Positions 10,908 to 21,019 of a DNA stretch of 48,910 nt are shown here, piece by piece. Below the pieces are notes generated by a model. That model was given only the letters and a program-made list of their open reading frames with translations. It was not told where the DNA came from and ran no database searches. The stretch is taken from the IMG/VR virus record IMGVR_UViG_3300029904_000001, positions 128,001 through 176,910 of that record; one strand, 5' to 3'. Origin of the DNA: a virus (Duplodnaviria; Heunggongvirae; Uroviricota; Caudoviricetes). Position 1 is the first letter of the stretch. Each line of letters begins with the position of its first letter. The position numbers and the translations under genes are program-made.

Positions 10908-13900
10908 CTAGAATAAGTAATTAGATACTTCTTCTGAAATTAGAATTACGGAACGATAAGGGTTGAAGACTCCAGTAGCTGCATAACCCCAGTTTATTCA
11001 TATTATGTTACAATAAATATTAAATCTACTGCTCTCAGTTGAGACTTATTGTTACCAATAAGATCAGACTATATCATAAACTTAATCTATAAATTTAAAT
11101 TTAAAACCATGTGTTTGATTTCTATTTCCTTTAAGAACGTCTCTACATTTAGGATGTTCTTTTGTACATGCAGCTAAAGATTCTCATATTTTTACTAAAT
11201 TTCCTTCTAAGTCGTATTGTGCTATTTTTCTTCCAACAGGTTTTTCTTGTTTAATATAAGTTTCATTAAAACCAAAACTTCATAATAAATTTTCAATTGG
11301 ATTTCCAGTTGAAATTGCTTTTTTAATATCAGAAAATTTAATTTTAGTTTCTTTAGCGGCTTGGGTAATAGATGGATACGTTCTTATGATCTGTTTAGTG
11401 TCTTTATTATAAGAAGAAACACATTTATCATTTTTAACTGCTAATTCTTCTCTTTTTTTAATTATATCCATAATATTACCATTACTAATAAAATAAAATC
11501 CTTTAATCGGAACCTTTCTTGACATTGCATCATCTACTGAAGCTTGTGATAAATTGAATTTTTCTCTAATGTCTTTAACACTTTCAAATATTTCAAGAAA
11601 ATTTCCATTTAAATCGTACTGATAAATTTCTGAATGACCGCTTTTTCTATAATCGGTTACATCTAATTTCTCTACATATTTCTTAGTTCAATATGAATTA
11701 AATGCGCTTCTTTGATCTGTTATAGCCATATTAAAACGGTTACTATTGCATTGATAATATTTTACTGCATCTCCAACAGAAAACCATTCTTTAATAAAGT
11801 TACCTTCTAAATCATATTGATATAATTTATCATAAACAACTCCAGAATGTTTTCCACCTAAAGAAGTATTATAATTATCATGTCTTTTTAAGAATTCAAT
11901 ATCAACGATACGAGCTTCTTCGTTATAAGCATCATCTTCGTTATCAAATATTTTTAGTGTTGATCTATAAAAGTTACTATATCCATATTTTTTAAGTGCA
12001 AATTGAAATGCAGTCTGTGGATTCTTTATAGATCATCCTATTTCGATACCGTTGCCGATGTAACCGTCGAAAACGTCCGGATTTTCTGTTTTATGGACAC
12101 CGATATATATTTTTCCGTTTATTTTATTAGTTGTACAATATAAAATTCATTTCATGTTATTATTTTTTATTTGTTAAGTTTCTCTCCATTTCCACAATAC
12201 TATTATTGTGTAATCCCATTCGGGATAGTCGTTGAACTTTACCTAACCTGTCCTCTTGAGAATCTAGTTAAGTCTTAGCTGCTGATTTTCCAAAATGTTT
12301 TGGATTTCCCAGCAATTAAAAGAGTTATCACACATTATCACTAATATGCGAGCCAATTAGTTTAGCTTTGATGCAGCAACAGGGCTAGAGACTTCACCAT
12401 GCTGTAATCCGGTAGCTCCGCCTACGCCTCTAATAAAGTTATGGATGAATTCACCGTTTTTGAACGTGAAGAATGCACAATTGTGCTCAATATATTTCTA
12501 TATTGTTTAGACTATATCATAAACTTAATCTTCTAAAAATTTAAAAGTACATTTTTTACAAGTTTTTCTTGTTCCATATAATACGTGTACACAACCACAA
12601 TAATCTTTTTTACAAGCAACAATAGAATCGTAGATAGCTATAAGTTCTCCTTCTTTATTATAAACTCCAACTTTTCTTTTAGCTTCAATTCCACTTTTTG
12701 GTTTGTGTGGTTCTAATTGATCTACTTTATCATAAGATCACAAATAACCATAAGCGGCTTGTCCTATTTTTATTGCGTGTCCAATATGAGATTCTTTTTT
12801 ACCTAAACTTCATGCTGCTTCCTGCATAGAATCAAATGAAGCAATGTAATTTCCTTTTAAATCATATTGATGTATAGGAACGGCTACTTGTGCAGGAGGT
12901 CTATTTCCTCCAATAGTTGCGTTATAAACATCTTTTCTTTTTAAAAATTCAAGAGTTACAATTTCTTTTTCTTTTTTAAGAGCTTCTTCCATAGTATTAA
13001 ATTCAAACAAAGTCACTCTTATAAAAGCATCTGGGCCGTATTTATTTACAGCTCTTTGTAAAGGAGTTTCAGATTTTTTGTACGATGAGGGTTTATTTCT
13101 ATAAATCCCACATCCTAAATATCCATCAAAACCTTTCTTTCTTACAGTATGTACTCCAATATAAAAATGTTTATTTTTCTTATTTACTGTAACGTATACA
13201 ATGTACTTTATACTTTGTTTTAAGTTTTCCTCCATTTCCATTATAATTTAATAGTTAATAATGTACTCTACTAGGCTCGAAGCCGTTCGATAGTCGTTGA
13301 ACCTTCGTAGGACTACCAATCCTGGCCTGTTACTCCCTACGCTTGGCTGCTGATCGGCATATCTAAATAGACTTAGCTTTCCAGCAATTAAAAGGATTTT
13401 TAAACATAGATCACTCTATGCTGCCGCTGCAATTTCTTCAACGGCTGGTTTCCCCGATGTAGCATCTGCCGTTAAATCGAGGAATATTCCGTATTTTCTA
13501 TTAGGATATTCAATATCGAATGATCTATCGATCTTAAATGTAACAGTATTACCTGCAAATTCATAAGAATGATAAGTAGCACCAATATTTACATATCCAT
13601 TAGCTGCCTTCGAGAATACAAATGTTCCTACTGTCTTCCAGTCACGAATCCAAGCACTCATGGTATCCTGGATCTCGTTCCAGCATAAAGTATTACAAAG
13701 GAACATATCATTTGTGTTAGCTATACATTTCTGTATAGATCAGACTATATCTTTAACCTTTAAGGTTATCTCCCATTTCCAAATTTTGTACACCTTTCGG
13801 TTAGTCGTTAAACTTTGTTATAATTATAACTTTAGCTGTTGATTATCCATAAAATTAATTTGGACTTCCCAACAATTAAGGAGATTAATTAATATAACTG

Positions 13901-16900
13901 TCGCCAGTTACCCACCCTATTTGTTTCTCATTTAAGGTGTTACCCGTAGGCTTCTCACTCTTCTGAATCATTACCTGAAGAGCGCGATTGAAGTATTTAG
14001 GATTAAGACGATTAAACACGAACTTGGTAGCAAAGCGTTCGATTTGAGCGATAATCAATTTTGTTACCGTAAAGTTGTTTATACTTTACTTCTTATACTT
14101 TTATTCGTATAAGTTCAGACTATATCTTCATCTAGTTAATATTAGATGACTCTTGTTCGTGGATTTATAATTATTCTCCAGGTTTCATAATTTTATATTC
14201 AAATTCTCTAAGAATATAAGGTCTTATTAAATCTGAAAATTTTCTACCTTCTCTTGTTCTAAATTGAAGATTATACACAATGGTACCATCTTTCTTTTTT
14301 CTTTTAATTGGATACATTATGATATTATATTTTTCTTTAAACATATCAATAATATTTTGCGTATCTTCTTCATTTGTCATTGTTGCTAAACCAAATTTAT
14401 GAGAAGCGATTCTTCCAGTTTTCTTATTTCTTTCTATTGCGTGTGTTCCATCATCCATTCATCAAATGGCTATAGCTTCAGGAGTTAAATATGATAAAAT
14501 ATGTTTAGAAAAATGTTTAATTTTATCTGTATACATTCATTTTCTTAATATTTTAAAATATTTATGTCCTTTTGATATTTTATAACAATCTGTATCTTTT
14601 CGATGATATAATTTTGGTTCTTTACAATTAAGAAGTTTTGCAATTAATCTTGCTTTTCATTCTACATAAAATTTTTGATTGTGCCCATGAGAAATCTCAA
14701 GAGCTACGCCTGAATTAGGATTTAAATGACCATCTCCTAATACAAGTCCAATTAAAAGTGATTTCTTAAGTTTATCCATATTAAATGCTATTTTTTAATT
14801 ATAAATCTAGTCGTTACACATGCCCGATTATTAATAATCTGCTAGCTCGGTATTCTCATCTCAGAGTTCACCGAATTAAAGAGTTGTTTCAGAGAGTATT
14901 TCTACTCTAAGCGGCACTTCTCATACCGTCTCCGCTTATAATGGGTCTACCAGAATCAGGTTCATAGATCTTTGGTCTTCCATTCTCGTCTACGTCCGTC
15001 TTACCTCATACTAGTTCGTTATTTCTTGCCATCATGAATGTATCCAGACAATCTTTCTCAGCTGAGTTCATCTTGTAAACTGGATCATCCTTCTGACCTT
15101 TACCAATCTGGATAAATACATCCTCCATTGGTTTATACTGTGCAGACATATCGACATCTGCACGATGGGTGCTCATATAAGTGCGGTGTTTCTCAGTGTT
15201 TGACTGATATTTGGTATAGCCTTCTTCCGAGTATCAACTTAGACTATTTAATTAACTTTCTTGGCTTTAAACCAAGTCTTTCTCGTCTTTTAGCTTTAGA
15301 AATAGCAAATTTTGCCTGATTTCTTTCGCGTCTTTCAATAAGTTTAATAGTTTTTTCATCTGGAATATTATAATAATCTGTTTTAAATATGGCTCACATA
15401 AATCCATTTTTATCTGGAGTTTTAAGCTTTATAGATTTAGTTATATTACTATACTTATTAGCTTTTTCAGCCTCTGTTTGAGTATTATAACTTTCTATAA
15501 ATTCTCCAGTTTTTCCATTATATTTAAAGACAGGACGATTTTGAATATATTGTTTTCTACAATGATCGTACTTTATTTCCCCATTTTTATTTGGAAGAAT
15601 ATAATTGTGCATTGCGTACATATAAGTATTAGTAATCTTATCTTTAAATGAATTTCCACTTAAATAAGATTCTATATAATCATATATAGATTCATCAGCA
15701 ACAATAATCAAATTATTTAAATATGTTCCATTTTCTACTCTAAATCATACAAATCCAGTAATATCTTCTCAAATAAAATTGTTATAAATATTTCTATCTT
15801 TTAATGATTCTTTATTTATAAACGTGTCAAAAATGTATTTTGCAGTATAAAAATCAGATTGAATAGAAATAATCGCTCTATCAAAATTATTTACTCCATC
15901 TGTTTTAACTGCTCATTGCAATGGAGTTTTAGAATATTGATAAGTATATGGATCATTTTTATATATTCCCGATCCTAAAAATTCTTTATCTATATTATTT
16001 GGATCTTCATACGAAATTCCAATATAATATTTACCACTTTTCTTATTGGTTGTCTTATAGACGAGTCATTTAAAGTTAGTTTCCATTTCTATATTATTTA
16101 AATATATACATCTTACGATTAGTCGTTGAACGTTATCGTATTTACGATCTTCGCTGCGAGTTGTTCAAGAGAATATCAAAGATTGAATTTTCTCGCAATT
16201 AAAAAACTTTTCTATTATATATTACTATATAAAGGCACGAATTTTCATGCATTTCAGGCATTAAGTTGGTTATAAAACGAGTAGCAGAACCTATAAATGC
16301 ACCACTTGTATCAAGAACTGAATCGTAGCTATTATCAAGAATCTTACCTACAACCAAGAAATCTTTATCAGAAATTCTCTGAGGACGATTCAATACTATA
16401 ATTTGCTGACGTGTTCTTTCAATAATAAATGTATCATACTTCTGATAGTAGTTCTCATTAAAATGGAAGATGATATCTGAGCCCATAGCTCCATCTCCCT
16501 CTGGAACTGCTGTCATATATACTCTCTTAATACGATTAATATTAAGATCCCATTCAATTAAGAATGAATCAACTCTCTGGAACTGATTCTTTTTGCCCTT
16601 CTCAAGAGTATAAGTGTTCATAAGAGCTTCAGTCAGGTGAGTTGCAGTATATTGATCATATAGAGTAGATACAATACCTAACCTCGCGGGATTGGCTAAG
16701 CTATATTGCTTAGACTATATCATCTCTCTCGAGTCTTGCGCTTCGGTTAAATCAACCTACCTCTTACGAGTAGTCGTTGAACTTTCCAATTTAATTTTGG
16801 ATTAGCTGCTGATTATTTTATATTAAATAAACCTTCCAGCAATTCACAAGATTTTCAATTAATATCCAACTTATTAATTGGGGCGCTTCTATTCACCCAA

Positions 16901-16975
16901 GAACTTCATAAAGTCCTCAAAAGTGCGAGTTTCGCTCATGTTAGGTCTAGTAGTTGTAAAACCTGATATTCTCAT
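10908..16975 (-). CDS. Major capsid protein, 7 exons, 475 aa spliced
   Basis: Exons 16975-16895, 16696-16247, 15227-14925, 14055-13935, 13708-13441, 12477-12364 and 10998-10908 sum to 1428 nt in frame. Junctions read KFLG|ANPARLG, EMH|EEGY, SGDG|IIAQ, GNT-Y-MFLC, KPA-V-AFFT, SK-L-INWGY. One in-frame TGA (15006-15008). Follows an acidic scaffold-like gene. Confidence 0.88.
10999..12363 (-). mobile_element. Group I intron 6 of the MCP (1365 nt) with homing endonuclease
   Basis: P1 AGCT/GGCT with U.G at the 5' splice site, R element TTCAACGACTA, S element GATATAGTC, terminal G at 10999. Confidence 0.9.
11082..12155 (-). CDS. GIY-YIG homing endonuclease with NUMOD1-like repeats (357 aa, code 4)
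   Basis: MKWILYCTTNKINGKIYIGVH...FDGYIGNG and repeated YQYDLxGxF motifs. Codon 3 is TGA. Confidence 0.85.
12478..13440 (-). mobile_element. Group I intron 5 of the MCP (963 nt) with homing endonuclease
   Basis: P1 GCCGT/GCGGC, P10 TGCA pairing, R and S elements, terminal G at 12478. Confidence 0.9.
12525..13241 (-). CDS. GIY-YIG homing endonuclease with NUMOD1-like C-terminus
   Basis: YIVYVTVNKKNKHFYIGVH...FDGYLGCG and QYDLKGNYI. Extends through two TGA to TAA 12525. Start codon uncertain. Confidence 0.85.
13709..13934 (-). mobile_element. Group I intron 4 of the MCP (226 nt, no ORF)
   Basis: P1 CACCT/GGGTG, AACGACTA and AAGATATAGTC core, terminal G at 13709. Splicing restores TAT (Tyr). 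Confidence 0.9.
14056..14924 (-). mobile_element. Group I intron 3 of the MCP (869 nt) with LAGLIDADG endonuclease
   Basis: P1 CGGTA/TGCCG, GTAACGACTA and GAAGATATAGTC core, terminal G at 14056. Confidence 0.9.
14171..14779 (-). CDS. Two-motif LAGLIDADG homing endonuclease (I-SceI-like, 202 aa, code 4)
   Basis: Motifs LIGLVLGDG and LTPEAIAIWWMDDG, in which WW is TGA-TGA. Confidence 0.88.
15228..16246 (-). mobile_element. Group I intron 2 of the MCP (1019 nt) with endonuclease ORF
   Basis: P1 GCATGAA/TTCGTGC, TTCAACGACTA, atypical S element AAATAGTC, terminal G at 15228. Confidence 0.85.
15244..16086 (-). CDS. Divergent GIY-YIG/NUMOD1 homing endonuclease (280 aa, code 4)
   Basis: METNFKWLVYKTTNKKSGKYYIG...FLGSGIY. 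Includes track fragment 15394..15711. Its TAG stop lies inside P7. Confidence 0.75.
16697..16894 (-). mobile_element. Group I intron 1 of the MCP (198 nt, no ORF, junction ambiguous by 1 nt)
   Basis: P1 GGGTG/CGCCC, TTCAACGACTA and GATATAGTC core. The in-frame join needs a terminal A or a shifted 5' site. Confidence 0.82.
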
Positions 16976-17018
16976 AATTTTAAAATTAATTTAAATTAAA
17001 TTTACATTAGTTTATATA

Positions 17019-18161
17019 TTATACATTATCCCAAATCGAACCAAATGTTGGAGTGTCATTGTTGGAGTTTTCTGACTTTGGCAGCTTTGGAACAACTACG
17101 GATTGACTTCCTTTATTTTTGTAAGACTCAAGTTCTTTTTGAAGTTTAGCTTTTTCCTTTCTCTCTTCTTTCAACAGTTCTTTCCAATATCTTGTCGTAT
17201 TAGTTATCAAATCTGTTCCCTGAGTTCTTAACCAAGCAAGTTCAATTAAAGTAGTTGGATTTTCTAAATCTTTTACTAATTGACTCTTTCCATCTGTATC
17301 TTGATTAAGTAGATAAGCTAAAATCTGTTGTTTATCTGAGTCTTCAATTTCCAATACATCACTTTCTGGATCAGTATAATCAAGAGAAACTTCATTAAAA
17401 TTACTCAATATATTTTGGAGATTTCCAACTAAAGCTTCATAATCTTGTTGTTCTCTTTGTTTCTGAGCTTCTACTTGAGCGTCTTCTTCTTTTTTATACT
17501 CATCTCTAAGTGCTGTTACTTCCTTTTTATATAGATCTTCGTTTGATTTAGCAGTTTCTAACTTTGATGTTAGTTCTTCATCTGTAAAATTAGGATATTT
17601 TGTTTTTAAATCTGCTAAATAAAGTTCATCATCACTATAATCATCAATAGTATATGTTTTCTGATGAACTGCGTCTGGATTTTGAGCTAAATAATCTTCA
17701 ACAGCTTTCTGAGAAAAATAGTCAATTACTTGATTAAGAGTAACATTATTCTGTCTTAAATAATTAATTACCTGAGTTTCGTGTTCAGAAAGACCTGGAT
17801 CAGCTAAACTATTTAAAATGTTTAGTTTTTCTTCATTATTTAGACTTCCAAAATCAATTTCTTCTATTTCTCCATCTTCATTTTCAAATTGTAATTTAGA
17901 TGGATCTTCTATTCCTTTTTCTTTTAAGAACTCATATATAAAATCACCAGTTATATTAGTATTTTGATTATCATCATTGTCAACTGGTTCATTTACTGGC
18001 GGTTCCTCACCATTGTTAACACTATCGTGTACGAATCCATTTAATATAGGATCATCTGTTGGATCTAGTGGTTTTGGGTCATTTCCACCATCATCACTAG
18101 TATCAACAGTTGTTTCGTCAAGTAGTGACTCAAACATTTCTAAATCTTTGTCTTGTGGCAT
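17019..18161 (-). CDS. Acidic capsid scaffolding-like protein
   Basis: 380 aa, very D/E-rich with coiled coil, immediately upstream of the MCP. Confidence 0.7.
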   Translation of the reverse strand: MPQDKDLEMFESLLDETTVDTSDDGGNDPKPLDPTDDPILNGFVHDSVNNGEEPPVNEPVDNDDNQNTNITGDFIYEFLKEKGIEDPSKLQFENEDGEIEEIDFGSLNNEEKLNILNSLADPGLSEHETQVINYLRQNNVTLNQVIDYFSQKAVEDYLAQNPDAVHQKTYTIDDYSDDELYLADLKTKYPNFTDEELTSKLETAKSNEDLYKKEVTALRDEYKKEEDAQVEAQKQREQQDYEALVGNLQNILSNFNEVSLDYTDPESDVLEIEDSDKQQILAYLLNQDTDGKSQLVKDLENPTTLIELAWLRTQGTDLITNTTRYWKELLKEERKEKAKLQKELESYKNKGSQSVVVPKLPKSENSNNDTPTFGSIWDNV

Positions 18162-18200
18162 AAATCAATTTTCTTATTAATTCATATCTATTAAACTTCG

Positions 18201-18240
18201 CAAATCTATAAAAATTTTTTGTAAATTCCAAATAAAAGTT
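18201..18240 (-). promoter_or_regulatory. Bacteroidota housekeeping-sigma promoter for the scaffold/MCP operon
   Basis: -33 TTTG (18232-18229), 20-nt spacer, -7 TAGATTTG (18208-18201), matching the TTTG...TAnnTTTG consensus. Confidence 0.8.
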
Positions 18241-18243
18241 TTA

Positions 18244-18684
18244 CTAAATACATAAAAGTACTATTACAACAATAGCTAATACACCACTAGTTGATTGTCA
18301 TATAGTTTTTTGTATTTTTTGATTTTTAATATCTTTTTGAGTGTTTTGAATAATCTTTTTTTGATCTTCAATCAATGTTTTATATTGTAATTTAATTAGA
18401 GAATCATTTTGTATTATTACTTTTTGTTGCATAATAATTTTAGATTGCTCTATTTTTATAAGATTTAAACTATTAATTAAAGAATCATTGATAGTATTCA
18501 AACTATCAAATATAGCTCTTTCGTAAAAAACCTTATTTATGGTATTTATATCATTATTATTAATAAGAGCCATAGAATCTTGTAGTTCGGTAACTACAAC
18601 AATATGTTTTAAAGAATCTAAAGATTGCGCATTTAACGTAGTAAAACATATTAGAAAACTAAAAATTAATGCGAATATTTTCAT
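18244..18684 (-). CDS. Spanin-like protein: signal peptide, coiled coil, C-terminal TM helix
   Basis: Signal peptide ending LNA-QS. The hydrophobic tail WQSTSGVLAIVVIVLLCI* appears only with TGA=Trp. Confidence 0.5.
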
Positions 18685-19004
18685 ATGTTTTGTCTTAATG
18701 TTATAACATTACTATCTAAATTATTTTTAATAACGAAATCGTCTAATCTAGATTCTAATTCTTTTTTATCTTTAGATATACATTCTATTTCGTTTTGTAA
18801 TTTAGTTATATTTAAAGTAATAGAATCGATTATATATATATTTTCTTTATTTATTTGTGATAAACTATCAATTTGTTTGATATGTTCATCTTGTTGTATT
18901 CGATATTCTTGAAATTGGGTTTCTAATTTATTATAATTATAATATCCTATTCCAATTATAATTAAAAGAATTATAACTAATCCAATATAAATTCCATGTT
19001 TCAT
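18666..19004 (-). CDS. Inner-membrane spanin-like protein (N-terminal TM plus coiled coil)
   Basis: Hydrophobic N-terminus, heptad-rich body, overlaps the next gene. Extended through TGA to TAA 18666. Confidence 0.5.
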
Positions 19005-19005
19005 A

Positions 19006-20769
19006 TTAATTTCCTTCTAATGCTGCTATGCGAGCTTCTAAATCATCTAATCTTTGTTTGAGTGCATCAGATAAAGTTGGATTTGGATATTGACCTGCTA
19101 AATCTCCACCTGCTTCGCCTATTGGAGTATTATACACAACTCCAGTATCATCAATTTTAATAATATCTCCAATATTTAATTCGTTGTTTCCTCAATATAT
19201 TTTTCCATTAGATATAAATCCCGATCCGTCTGGATTAATTATAGTATTATCATTTCAAGAAATTTTTGGATTATTAATATTAATATCAATAGAATTTATT
19301 GTAGTATCCTCATCTACAGGTATTTCGTTCTTATAGTCTTTGATTTCTTGAATCGAAGGTTTATCTAAGATAGTAGTTGGAGTATCTCCATTTAAAATAG
19401 CACCAAAACCATAATTATCTTTAATTATTTTTGTTATATCTCCAAAATATACTTTAGCACTTGTATTATCTAAACAATTTTTTAAAATAGAAAATGAATC
19501 ATCATTAATATTTATTGCTGTTGTATTACTTAATAAACCAACAATAACGATATTTCCTTCTGTTAATGTCTCGGTACTATTAAGCATTTTAGCAATAACA
19601 AAATTTGCATCTCGATAAGTAATACATGCGAAATAACCAGATTCATCTTGAATTATCATATTTGGAGATAATGTGAAAGTTGGAATATTTTCTGAAATAG
19701 AAAAAGAGTAATAATCTCCAACAAATTGAGAATTATCCGAATTTTCTATTATTTCTATTACATCGCTAAAATCATCTAATGTATAACCAGCTTCTGCTAA
19801 ATATGTGTTAATTTCTTCTACAACTGTTGGATCTTTAAAATTTTTTAATGTATAGGTGTCATCAGCAATATCATATGCATCAAAAAACACTCTTTCGTAT
19901 CAAAAAGATTCTAATTGCAAATCAATCGTTGATCCGTTAACATATGCTTCATTTGGAAGGTCATTATTATCATATGCTTGTGATAAAAAATCAAAAATGT
20001 TTCATTCTGGTATACTTTCTATTTCAGGCATCACATCACTAATAGTAATTTGATTTCCTAATCAAACATTTTGTCCTAATCCAGTAATATTGCTAATGGA
20101 TGTCGAATCTTCAGTTGTATCATTAATTAAGGATTCAGTAGTTAGTTTTTTACATGTAATTTCACCAGTTACAAAATTAATTTTAATACGATTTTGAGTT
20201 GTATCTGTTAATACATCCTGTCCTACGATAGAATTAAATGTTTGTGAATTATTAAACGTCCATGTTCCATTTATTACTTCATTTTCGTTTTTTAATGTAA
20301 ATTCGTTAGAATGATGGCTATCTAATAAATCTGCATTTAAATTAGTAATTAAAGATGTTGTAGGAATAATAATTGGATTAGTAGCAGTAGCATTAAACGA
20401 AAGTTGATTTGCAATAATCAAATTATCCAATGTTAAACTTTCCGTATCAAATTGAAAAGAAATTGGAGTATAATTACTATCTTCTGTTATATATAAATTT
20501 CCATCTTTAGATATAATAATTTGATTATCGCCCGGATAATCTATTATTCCTAATTCATTAGCATCATTAACAATTGTAATAGAAGTGATTTCCGAATCTT
20601 CAGAATTTTCTGATTTAGAGATATTTTCTTCTATTAATTTTTGAATATCTTCTGGTTTAAACGTTAATTCATATTTTCTATCTTTTACCTTTACATATAC
20701 ACGTCCTAGAGTTTTTAATACAAGATTCTTACCTTCAACTCCAATTCCATAATTTAGATCTACTGCCAT
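19006..20769 (-). CDS. Tail fibre/spike-like structural protein (587 aa, code 4)
   Basis: Track ORFs 20062..20769 and 19255..19890 joined across TGAs. Motifs ITNLNADLLD, GGDLAGQYPNP, LEARIAALE. Confidence 0.65.
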
Positions 20770-20779
20770 AATATAAATA

Positions 20780-20810
20780 TTAAAAAAGGGAGATATTGCA
20801 CTCCCTTTTA
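20780..20810 (-). terminator. Rho-independent terminator
   Basis: AAAAGGGAG-loop-CTCCCTTTTTT just after the stop at 20814. Confidence 0.8.
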
Positions 20811-20813
20811 TTA

Positions 20814-21017
20814 TTACTGTTTATTCTCTTTTAACTGTTTATAAATCTTGTAAACGTAAGCACCAACACCCATACCAATAAGGAATGAAAGTACTACTAC
20901 GATCAATGAGCCAAAACTCAAAGAAGAAATAATTCCACATCCAATGAGAATGGCTACAATAGCTACTACAAGTATAATAGCAGCTACAATAAGTTTAATT
21001 TTTAATGAATTTGACAT
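20814..21017 (-). CDS. Small two-TM membrane protein (holin-like or exclusion protein)
   Basis: 67 aa with two long hydrophobic segments and a basic tail. Confidence 0.55.
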   Translation of the reverse strand: MSNSLKIKLIVAAIILVVAIVAILIGCGIISSLSFGSLIVVVLSFLIGMGVGAYVYKIYKQLKENKQ

Positions 21018-21019
21018 AA

